Assembly (NCBI GenBank): GCA_973895155.1
Contig: OZ316896.1
Location: 1,860,001-1,924,000 of the forward strand
DNA: 64,000 nt
Direction: 5' to 3'
Source of the DNA: Marsupella aquatica
Taxonomy: Eukaryota; Plantae; Marchantiophyta
Shown here piece by piece: positions 12,579-23,931 of the stretch. The notes beneath the pieces are model-generated. The model was not told the DNA's origin. It made no database searches and saw only the letters and a program-made list of their open reading frames with translations. Made by a program: the position numbers and the translations under genes. Positions within the stretch are counted from its first letter, which is position 1. Each line of letters begins with the position of its first letter.

Positions 12579-12975
12579 TGCACTTTGTATGGCATAATGC
12601 AAGAAGCTAAGCATACGGCATAGCTCAGGCAAGCCCTTGGTTCTGCACTTTTTATGGCATAATCCCTATCAGACCAAGAGGATTCTCCACAATATTATCA
12701 GTGAGTACTTTTTATGCCATGAGTGAAATTGAGTGCCGGTTCTGCACTTTTTATGGCATAATCCCTATCAGACCAAGAGGATTCTCCACAATATTATCAG
12801 TGATTACTTTTTATGCCATGAGTGAAATTGAGTGCCAAAAAAAGTAGTGCCTACTTTGTGAGCGCCCTTGGTTCTGCACTTTGTATGGCATAATCCATAT
12901 CAGACCATGAGGATTCTCCACAATATTATCAGTGAGTACTTTTTATGTCACGAGGCCAAAAAAAGTAGTGCTGCT
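12579..12975. repeat. Tandem array of about 99-bp units with an internal inverted repeat (atggcataa...ttatgccat)
   Basis: Units start at 12639, 12738 and 12870, plus a partial unit at about 12579. Confidence 0.9.
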
Positions 12976-14394
12976 CACATGCGAGTTGGCTCGAATAAAA
13001 ACTATTGCCTTAGGCAAAGGAAAGTACGAGCGAAATTTCCCTCAGCAGTTCCCCAAGGCTGCTAGCCCACCGCAAGGACAAGGACTCCAGGTTCATGATG
13101 GAACGAAATTGGCATCCGGTACATCGAAATTTCAGCTTGCACAAGTCAAAGTTTAGCGGTCTGAAACTTGCGAAAAAAATATATTGTACAGTCATGACAA
13201 GCTAGTTCAGCTTTCCAGGAAAAACCTGAAACAAAATGGTGGATATTGTGGGGCCAGACCATTGCAGGTGTCTGGGCTCCAACCTCACCTTTTCGATATC
13301 CGTAAAAGTGCAGAGGTGCATTGCACTAGGTCCGCAGGAGGCGCAATTTGAGGTTTAAAGCGTCCAGGAGAGCGGCATCCGAAGACTAACTTCTCCCTTG
13401 AACGATGGTCAATTTTGGACGAGTGGGTGGTAGAATTGTGATGTAGTGTAAAGCGTGTATCTCCCAACTGGCGTACTTGTTTTCGAGTTACCTGAGTTAT
13501 ATAAACAGGACCAGGAGTCTAAGGACATAGATGGTCTGGGCAAGGTAACGGCTTATGTACACAAGGTGTAAAGCCTGTGTCAGAAATGCTTGACCGCATA
13601 TACAGTCCGTGAAGCCCTCCCAATTTGAGAATGACGGCACCCTTTTGGTAACTAGTTCGTTGACCTGGTATGTAGAAGAGTTCCCTCATATTCTAGCGAC
13701 CTGCGTTCAAGCAACTTCCTCACGTCCTAGTATTGGAAACCCTTGGAGGTAGTGCACGGCCCAAACCACCAGCCTCGGGTGGTAGCTTTAGGCGTGACTC
13801 CAATATATTTAATGAGTCCGCATACTAAAGCATCCATCTTCAACTCAGAACGTTGTAAGTTATCATCCCCTTCGTCATCAGTCCTGCCACAGTTGTATAA
13901 GAGACAAAGCCTCAGCTTTGGAACCAAAGCTCTGGGCGACATCTTCTCGTCAGAGTAATTCTATTTGGGGCCTATTTCAAAGAAACCCAACATGGTCCTC
14001 TGCAAAGGCTCACTGGATGAATTGGTTCGCCAAGGACTCGCCAAGGACCAACCATTGAGTCCAAGTGCACACTGTTTGGCTCAACAGATAGGACTTGGTT
14101 TGCAAAGGACAAAGCTATTCAATTCCCCTGCCTACTGTTCTCAAACATCAGCTCCACAGATGCTCAGTTCTTTGACAATGAAAATAGGTTTTTAAAGTCC
14201 ATGCACAGTCTCCATCGCACAAGAGATCACCTGGTAATGTGTGGCAAGAAAGACCAATATTGAGGTCAACTCACAAAATTAGCAATGTCCATGTCATGGC
14301 AGGCTGCTAATGCCTTGCAGCCGGACACTGCTATATCAGAGTTGTAAGTAAATGGAGAGGATGACCACTCGACGAGTGACTGTAAATCTGCCAA

Positions 14395-14900
14395 GTTGCT
14401 TAACCCAGAAAGTAGCAGTTTAGTTATTTAGCCCACTCATAAATCTGCTGAGAAGTTGCTTGACCCGGAAAAATAGAAGGTGAGTTATTAACCCCTTTCC
14501 TGCTGGACTAAACAGGGCTCGACAGCTAAGTTTGTCCCATTCTGAATTTTGGGGGACTTAGGAAAATTACCCCTCTCCTGCTGGACTAAGCTGGGCTCTA
14601 CTCCTTCACAGCTAAGTTTGTCCTCGTCTGAACTCTGGGTGACTGAGGAGAAGTTGCTTAACTCAGAAAAGAGTGGCTTAACCCCGGAAATAGCAGGTGA
14701 GTTATTTACCCCTCACCTGCTCGACTGAGCTGGGCTGTGCTTCTCCACAGCTAAGTTTGTCCTCTTCTAAACTATGGGTGACTTGTCGAAGTCGCTTAAC
14801 CCAGAAAATACCAGGTGAGTTATTTTTCCCTTTCCTGCTAGCCGAAGCTGGTCCCTACTCCTCGAGAGCTAAGTTTGTCCTCTTCTGAACTCTGGCTGAC
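14395..14900. repeat. Degenerate tandem repeat, about 4-5 units of 86-139 bp
   Basis: agctaagtttgtcc recurs at about 14524, 14610, 14749 and 14867. Also recurrent agttgcttaaccc.gaaa and cctgctggactaa motifs. Confidence 0.8.
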
Positions 14901-16152
14901 TTGGCGGCAAGCACCTCCCGGAGGCCCAAACTCAGTTTCATCCAGGTATTGAACACCCACTGGTTCATGTCTATGTCAATCAAGAGTAACTCACCCTGGA
15001 TTGGAATCAAAATGCTGGTTGACTCATCTGAGTTTCAGCACTGTACCCATATAGCTATTGAGATAACAAACCTGCCCACCCGCCAACAAGAGATTCCCAG
15101 AATCTGTCTCAGAGCACTGGTTGCCATATCATTCACTGCACCTGCCTAGATGCTCTAATTTCTTTCTGTTCCCGGTGAGAGGCGAAAGGACTGCATTCAC
15201 AGGATCCAAATTTTGACAGGCGGTGGAGGAGAAAGAAACCTTGGCATCTCAGGATCGACAGGTTCTCACACCAGCACTCTGGAGAGTGAAGTTGGTCAGC
15301 CTCGCACAAGTGTACTGAATAGCTGCTCACATAATACTGTCGGAATTGAGGGAAATGACGAGTACGTTCTTGGGAACCACAACCCTCGGGGCTTAAAATC
15401 TTGATTACTTCCGTTCACCCAAATAATTTGGATGGAGCAAAACTACGTTCTAGTCCCACTCCATAATTAAGTTGCTTAACTTGGCGATTGAATCAGGGTC
15501 ATGGCCATTGAACTGCTCAACAAATTCAACCTTAGTACTGAAAATCCAGCTCAATTTGATGACCTTATCTTACGCATGTCAGACCAAACGCCAAGTGACA
15601 CCACTGAAGCTGCGTGACTCGGCCGTGCAATAGCAGTCCTCCTTTACTGCTTGTGGAGACAAGTAAAAATCATGTACAAATATTGTCCACTTGCCAAATT
15701 TGGTGAACCCCACCATAGATTCCTGCTCATTCAACAGTACGGCTTCACTTCTACGGCACCCTATGAGCTCATTAATTCGTGCTCTCGTGTAATTTTAGAA
15801 ATAACCTCGGTAATGGTCAGGAGCAACATAACTTTATTGGACCCTCACGGTAAAACAAGAACCTGCGAGCGCTTTGAAGCATGCGTATGTCACGAACCCT
15901 TCCGAAATTGATGCCATTGAAGGGGGTGCTATGTACTCCTAAGAGTTGTCAGACTCGTAACACAGCAGGCCTGGAGTCTGTGTTCGCAGTCCGATAAGAA
16001 TTGAGCTGAGACTTATGTAATGCTTGAGTGGGTACCACAGCCCAGGATCCGTGCCCCTTGAAATACCGTCCATTACCAAGAAATGATTAGTTTGCCAGGG
16101 AGGAAACAGGTCTTACTGGCGAAAATCAAGCAGCTACCTTCCGTAACGCAAT

Positions 16153-18572
16153 TCAGGCACCATTGGTCATCGCTGAGCAACCCGATGTATAGCCATGGTT
16201 ACCATTAGCTTCACTGTCATGGCCTGACTTCGACTCCGAGGCTTCACTGCTGCTTTTATAGGAGAGGGTTTTCAAAACATAGTATAACATGTAGCCTTGA
16301 CTTGCTCGCACTACTTCTTCGCTTACTCGTGTTACCCAAGCATCATCACATTTGTACCATTGGCTCGCCAGCCGAATGAAGGAGACATAGTGCCCAGAGT
16401 CCAGTTTTCCTGAGTGCGTCACAACTGCGAAAAGTTCAAACTCTGATGAGGGACTCTGAGTTGCCCCCAACTCCTCCGTGTCTATAAACAACAGGCGGTT
16501 CCCATGCCGAGATCTCACAATAGAGGAAGATAGGTAAGGTGTCATGTCGAGAGTGAACGGGAACTGCATGTAGCGGTCCACCTTCCTAGACGTGTTCCGA
16601 GTGGAGGAATGCTCAAATCTCTTGATGTGAAAACAGAGCACTAATGGCAGCTTCCTAACAGACATCTGTTTAATAGACTCTTGCCGTGTCTGACAGCGTT
16701 GACAGTAGAATTTTTCGTTAGCACCTAGTCTTTCGGGCCTAGTAAAGCGATCCAGGCATCCCAGAAGTGTAGATGTTCCTATGGAACCGTTGGCAGTAGC
16801 TCCGCGACTGGACCGACCACCATCAGCATTGCCAATTATCGTATCCATGAAGCCTTTGCTGTCTGAGCGTATGTCTGGCTCGAGATCCAGGGAAATATCA
16901 ACACATGGGTCGTAAGTCGTCGAGGTGAACCCACATACTGTACAGGTAACATCAGAGCGTAACTGCCCAGAAAAAACTCGGTGGACGATACAGCGGCAAT
17001 CTACATCCCCACCTCTGCCCACCGAAGAAAACATGCGTCAGAAATCCTTCCCTTTAAACCGCCCCACCAATACAAGTATTGCCATTTCGTTAGAAAACTC
17101 GACTACACAGTAAAAATACAAAGGCAACGAACACGACGATTAGTTGGGGTGTTCCACTCTATAAATAGGAGTTCATCACACTACCATTGCACAGCGACAC
17201 AGAGAGAAATACAACCGAAAGCCCTTCCCAATTTGTGAACTCAGACAGGCAGGAAGAAAAATTCTGCATTTCCAAAAATGGCATGTTTAGAAGAGACGTA
17301 TCGGGAATGTCTAGAAACCTTTGCGAATTCCTGGCTCTGGGCGAGGTGGTGCCGGAATTGGCGTGAATGCCATCCACAGTAGATATGAAGAATTCGTGTG
17401 CATCCTGCTGCTCATACCCAGCGAGGTTAGCAGCATGCCGCCACCAACTGCATTCAATAAACACCGGGTATAAATGTCTCCACCTGTCAATCTCGGAGTC
17501 TAGGGAACTTCGGAATAACACTGGGTTCGGGCTTGAATGAGACAGCAAATGGACAGGTATCTAAATTAAGAACCAAACGACCGCAAACTGACCTGTAGAG
17601 AAACTGAGCAGGGCTGTATGGAGTGCGCTCTCCAGAGAAAGCCGCGGAGAAAATGGTGTCCATGTCACAACCGAGGCATAGATGAGCAGCACGCCGTTGA
17701 CAGATAGTCCGATTGTGCCGATCGCTGAGGAAATAGTTCCTCAACGGTGGAGTGTGGAGTAGCGCTTGCAACACGGAGTTCATGAAACATGTGTTTCCCA
17801 GGTTGTTCAGACCTCTGAGCCCCGATGGCAAACATGAATCCTCAACCAGGGGAGTAGATCCTTGCCTCAAGGCCAGCTGTTCGCCTGGAGTCGGAACCCA
17901 GGGTTTATAATCGGCGCCCTTCCTCCTCTTCCGTTCTCGCAATTCATCGTGATCCTCGTCCCATTTCGTGAGATCAGACTCACTTCCCCCCTCGTTGCCA
18001 TTGGCAACCCCTTTGTTATCCGGGCTCGGCAACGGTACCAATCCTCCCCTGCCATCCTTGGCACTACTAGCATTCCGACACCCTCCCTTCCCATCAGCTG
18101 CTGCGTTACTGTGCGGGCTTTCCCCAACCTTTCCGTTAATTTTTCCACCTAGAAGTGCTAAGGACTGAGCACCTATAACAGCCCTATCGAAATCTGCATC
18201 GTACACCTGATCGTTGCAAATGCAACAAAAAAGCTCGGCCCGGTCCACATCCACCGCTAGATCATGCCCCGGTTTGGACTGCGCATGCAAACGTGCGTGC
18301 AGCAGATCTGGAGGGTACCAGCATCCTATAGTGGCGCACACGAGGCACGCATAGAGCCTCCCGTGAGCTTTCCCGCAGGCTGCACAGCGAGGAACCTCCT
18401 TGTCTTCCCTCCGAATGCTCGCCCTTCCAGGCGGCCCCGTCTTCAAGCATTTCTGCAGAACACGAAACCCCTGCAGGCCGTTCTTCGCCCGATACTCGAG
18501 CAAATGTTGGCACGGTTTGTACTCATCGTTGGAGCCTTCCACTACCCCTCGCTTGTTGCTCTTAAAAGCCAT
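16153..18572 (-). CDS. UBP22: Ubiquitin-specific protease UBP22/USP22-type (ZnF-UBP + peptidase C19; SAGA DUB module), about 656 aa, 3 exons
   Basis: Exons 18572-17593, 17447-17319 and 17014-16153, GT-AG and in frame. Motifs: ZnF-UBP (CAAC..CLVC..H...H..CCICND), Cys box [26 protein letters not shown], His box [19 protein letters not shown]. Confidence 0.93.
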
Positions 18573-19964
18573 CAAGCAGAGTCATCACCGCCCCACTTAT
18601 TTACACCACCATACTACCGATCTAATCCGCATTCCGTCCGTCCGTCCGGCCTCCTCTGCTCTGCTCTGCCCTGCCCTGCCCTGCCCTGCCCTACGAGAAC
18701 CCGGAATCTCGCCCAATGCCTCAATTCGCCCTTCGCCACGCAGCAATCGTAAGATCCAAAGCACTACTTGTATTCACCCACCAATTAAATCTGTTCCCCA
18801 ACTCCACAAACACTTTCCCACAATTCGATCGTTGATCCCCAACCAAAGAAGCTCAAACGCTAAGATAGCCCTCCTTCATGCAAAAACCTAATTTCCTGTC
18901 CCTATGTCCAATCTCCCCTCCCTTCCCACTGCCTCCCTTCCACCCTCAGAGTCCTGGAGTTTCGAGGTTGAACTTATCAGTGACTCTTTCCAGAACCAGG
19001 TCCCGTTCCGTTGCGTTCACTTTTGGACACCACGTTTTGCGCGATATAATCTGGGCCGTTAACAACAGGAAAATGGGACCGGGACTACCGTAGGTGTCTC
19101 TGCTTTTATCAAGGCGAGGGCCCCCAACTCCCCGCCCGTGCAGATTTCTCGGAAGTAAATACCTGTACTGTAGTCGGAAACCATTCGCCCATGAAAGGGC
19201 CTGAGATTAGACAAACAGAATCCCTCCTCTCGATAGTCGACTTTTGCGCTATCTTAATTTGGGGTCTTTGGAGTTGAGACGTCGTGCGTAGAGGTCGCAC
19301 CCTCATGAAGTTTCCCGGGAGACGGATCGAGAGGTGGTGGAATCTGGCCTGCTGGCTCGCGAAACATTGTCGTGGCGCTCTTTAACATTCTGCCTCTGTA
19401 CAGTGATTTCACATTGGCACAGAGCCTCAATCGATGATGATTGAATTCTGTTCCAATTCTCGTTGCTGCGTTAGAAACGATAAAACTCTAAGTATTCTGG
19501 CGATGGCGCCTTTTGAGATGTGCCACTATGGATCCTACTGAGCCAGTTCCGGGATGAGCGAATAGCGGATGGTGAATAGCGTGTTGATGAGGGGTCCAAT
19601 CGGTCATTAGGGTTCGAGCTCCGTGGGAGAGAGAGATGCCTGTTTCTGAATTTTGCAGACATATTTAAGTCGACGAGAGCTCCTGGGCGATCGTTGAAAT
19701 TGATTATTCGGATGTGAATTGCACACCCACACCCTCAAAGTCGAACCCACAAGAGTTGAACATATGGAGCAATCATGCAAAGCCACCGTCATCTTTAGAA
19801 TGGTTGGTTCTCTCAAATCTCAATGAAAGTTGAGGATATTCTCTAGGTTCATCATAAATAACTGTCCAATCCAACACGTATAACACCTTTCGAAACAGTC
19901 TATTAAACCATTGTACATCAACTGAATTTGTGGACCAGTATTATGTGAGTAAACTTTTACATTT

Positions 19965-20290
19965 TTTTTCACATGGCTCAAGCTATATTTCAGTGTCAAA
20001 GAACAAAAACTGGTTCTTTGAGACTGGCCCTTTGGATCCTAGTAACCAGTTATCTTTGGACAGGTATCTTTGGATCAGATGTATATCCCAGTATCAAGGA
20101 ACAAAAACTGGTTACGGAATCCAAAGGGCAAAAAACCCAATTGAAGGGGAGAAGAGGGAGAACACCAAGGAGACCAAAGAGTCCCCACAAACCCAAGAGT
20201 CCCAACCACAAAAAAAGCCACAAAGGAAAAGAGAAACAAAAAGCCCTACTTGGCGGAAAACTGGAAAGCCTGGTATAGCTCCAGCATCAT
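19965..20290 (-). mobile_element. Remnant of the same LINE-like 3'-end family
   Basis: ccaaagggcaaaaaacccaattgaagggg...ccctacttggcggaaaactggaaagcctggtatagct matches 11090-11270. Confidence 0.55.
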
Positions 20291-20719
20291 GCAGAAAAAT
20301 ATGTCTAGAGTACCGTAAACCTAGGGCCTAGGCCCATCAAAACTTTGTCTTTGTGAAACTTGGATGGACTAGAAAGCTTTGAGGACGGAATATCCAAATA
20401 TGCCCAACTAACACTGATTTCACTTAAAACCCAGAAATGACAGCAATGAGACATTTATAACCCATTTCAGTTCCTTTGGCAGATCTCTTTGTAGCATCAG
20501 CAGGTTGACAAATGCAGAATTGATCTTTGCATCATACCTTGCTTGCATAACTACCTGTTAGTTGCTCTGTCAATTGAAGAGGTCATTTGCAAATGTCCTT
20601 GACCTGGGGATTGAGCTTCACCATTTTCAATTTTGCTTTGCTCTAGGTTGCAATATGCCAGGACAATGTCTATAACTCAAATGCCACCATAGATAATGAG
20701 CACGTCTTATTATAGTGGA

Positions 20720-20969
20720 CGAGCCCTATGCCTGTGCATTGCACGGCGCAAGGAGGGCCAGCCCATAGGAAGTCAGGCCGGGGCATTTATGGGGCAGCGG
20801 GAAGCACATATGTGCCAACGGTGCACATTTCCTCCATCAATGGTCAGGGAAAACAGGGGGAAACAGCCAATTGAATCGAACGGCTGTGGATCTTTCCCGC
20901 CCAGGAGCTTTTTTGCATTGGGATGAAAAACGAAAGAAAAGACAGGATCCTTTATTATAGTTGTAGAGA
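20720..20969 (-). mobile_element. Non-autonomous Helitron, about 250 bp
   Basis: The minus strand starts A^TCTCTACAACTATAATAAA (Helitron-type 5' TC end). It ends with hairpin gccgtgcaatgcacaggc + ataggg + CTCG^T (CTRR variant), i.e. inserted between A and T. Confidence 0.75.
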
Positions 20970-23605
20970 TTGTGCCTTTCTTCTAGGTCTTTCTTCAATT
21001 GCACACATGTTCTCCAAATTGACTAAAATTTTGTTCTAAATATCTCTGTCAATGCCTCCAAAATTTTGTTTACATGCAACCGTAGATTCTTCAAGCTTTC
21101 CAAGAGATCTTCAAAATTCTCTGGCAGGCCAAGACAGTACACAATCACAAGGCAGAATCACAAAGCTTCTCATCATGAGACTAGCCCAATGCACATGCGT
21201 TGCACAATTACTCGATAGGAAGTGATGCTGAGTGGAAGTGGTGGCAATGAGATGGACAGCGGTGTCGCTGTTGAGTGCAAGCAGTGTTGCTGTTGTAGTG
21301 GGACATTGCTGGGAGTTGCCAAGTTGGCCTAGCAATTGGATTTCAAGAAATATGCAAGTTGTTGAGAGAGTGACAAGTTGGGCATTGAAAAGTGCACAAT
21401 GGCACTCTTGTTAGGAAAATTTCTGACAAATAATTTAACGTTCAGGGAGCTCCACTTCTGCCAGAATGACATGTAGTCACTAGACCATGAGAAAGGAAGA
21501 ATGAGATGGCAAATTATAGTGTTTAGAAGAGAACCAATCTTTCCAGTTAGTCAATAGACCATGAGAAAGGAAGAATGAGAAAGGAAGAGAACCAATCTTT
21601 CCAGTGCAGGCTTATTTTCCAAAACCATCTAGCAGCCTATCCAGATGATTGCAGATTACATCTAAATGTTGTTGTGTATAGCCTTTTCAAATTTGACAGA
21701 GAAGCATTTCAAATTGTCTTATTAGCCATAGTTGTAAGAAACTATAGTCATGCAGCACTTTCTAGAATGCTTTTAATGTTTCCAGTCAAAAGATCTCTTA
21801 AGGGTCAACTACCAAACACCATAATAGGAACGATGTTTGATCCACAATATGTATTTTTGATGGGATTAGCTAAAACAATGCACAAACGAAAAGACAAAAC
21901 CCAAATTTATCAAAATGTCCTTTGGTACATATACTTTATAAAATAAAAATAGGTTGTCAAGGGTTTACAGCTACCACAACCATTTTTTGCACTTTAAAAA
22001 TATTTCTATACTCATTGCCATATTCACACATCCACAAAAAAAACTAGAACAATAAGCAAAGGTAAAAATAACGAGAGTAAGGTTGGAAAGAACTACCGCC
22101 ATCATTCTTTCTAAACTGGGCGAACATTCTACAAATATTCAAAAGTATATCCTACAGATCCACTCATCTACTGTAGGCCTTAATTTGCCAACACCATTTT
22201 GATAACATTTAGGTCAATCTCCCTTCCCCAAAACTCCTGCTAGATTTTTGGATACCGTGACCAGTTTCCCATGAAGCCACGGGGCCTATCTGATGGCTCT
22301 CCTTAAATCTAGGGAGATAGAGTGGCCAAAAAAATTCCAAAGAAATATTTATCAAGAATCTTCCTGGTATCTCTTCTGTGACACCAGGTAACATTCTCCA
22401 TACCGGCGAATACACGGGTGACGAATAAAAACGGGAGGCGAAGGAACGAACCCCTTTAGTTATTAAGCTGACACACGACAACGTAAGGGGGTTTGCGTTG
22501 AGGTTCGAACTCCCGACCTGGTGCCATGTCTCGCGCGACGACGAGGAAGACATGGCATCTCCTAGACTCTACGGTACAGATGTGGGCCCCCCCGGCATTC
22601 TAGAACCCCTACTCCACAGCATATGGCTCTCGACCCTAGTCTGGAGCTCTGGCGGAAGCAGTATATGGGGCTAGTGCCTACGACCCGCAATATATGGATA
22701 TCTACATACCTTTGGAGTAAGTTACTAAGTTGTCTGTCCTCGAGCGCTCCGTGTGACGGTGTATACAGTGCTGCTGACATGTAGCGCAGCCCTGTTCAGG
22801 CACCTTCTTACGCGGCGTCTACAGGGTGTAAGTGTAAAGTAAGAGGAAAGGATGCTTATGAAGGGAGGAGCAAGGTGAGTGAGTTCTCGAGGCGATTTGT
22901 GAGATTTGTCAATCGATTGGGCTTTGTGGTCGCGGTCGGAGCGAGCAAGCAAGGAAGCGAGCGAGGGGGTACGGGAGGGAGGTATGTACCTCGTATGCAC
23001 CGCGTAGACAAATACACCCTCCTTTGGATTCTCTGTCCCTCTTCTGAGTCTCGCTTTCTGTCTTAGAGTGGTCGGATGGTTGTGTTTGGAGACAGTCGAG
23101 GTGATTTGATTTCTTTTGATTATGTGTGTATGAGTTTCTTTGGGCAGTGGTGTCTGAGTTCGTCTCAGTCCGTTGCGCACAACGTGTGTGATTTTTACAC
23201 GAAATTGACTGTCGTGCATCGTCGGTGGTCGTGGTGAGCAGCGTTCGAAATTTGAAATGTTTGTTGGGGTTTTGTTTTTTCGGGTTTGTTTTGCGGAGGA
23301 TCGATCTGTTTGTGATTCTGGTTTCTGAATCGATCGATGAGCAGTTCTCTTGCCCGGGCCACGTTCTCCGGTGCAGGTTTTTTTGGAAGTGATCAACGCA
23401 GAAGTGTTTGGGGGGCTCGTTTGATTCCTCCTCCTCATTGCTTTGTTGACCTATCCTCAGTTGACCTAATTGTGTTCTCCCGCTCTGTCAGACTCGCGTT
23501 TTCTGTATGTCGTCGGATCTGCGATTGTAGATTGTCCATCATTTTCTGCCTGTCAGTAAGTACCCGCTGAGGACTTCGAATTTCAGCAATTTTGCCTCCC
23601 TAATA

Positions 23606-23633
23606 ATATATGTGTGTGTGTGTGTGTGTGTGT
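23606..23633. repeat. (TA)n(TG)n microsatellite in the WDR48 5' region
   Basis: tatatatgtgtgtgtgtgtgtgtgtgtgt. Confidence 0.9.
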
Positions 23634-23931
23634 CAGTGGCGTGTGGGAATTTGGCTCTTGCCTTCGAGCGTGCATTCCCGAAATCCAGAACTTGAGGAGG
23701 AGGAGCCTCGTTCGGGACAGCTTCTGCCCCATGACGCGTATCATAAAGTCATAGTATAGGAGTTACAGATGCGATTTTTCCGGAGGAGGTCGAATCCTTT
23801 GTGTTGAAGCCATGAGAAGCAAGAGATGCTAATTAGAGAAGAAGGGAGCGCGTTTCTGTCGGGGGATCAAGTGGGCAGAGTAATGAGACCCAGCAGAGCA
23901 AGCTGATGATTTAGCGTTGGTAACAGTCGGT

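Noticed and set aside
17862-18891. Several plus-strand ORFs overlapping UBP22
   Set aside because: Antisense shadows of GC-rich coding sequence plus a (CTGCC)n microsatellite.
22725-23438. 237-aa minus-strand ORF
   Set aside because: It is the reverse complement of the T/G-rich WDR48 leader/promoter. The K/T/R/P-biased composition is explained by strand skew, and no motif is recognisable.
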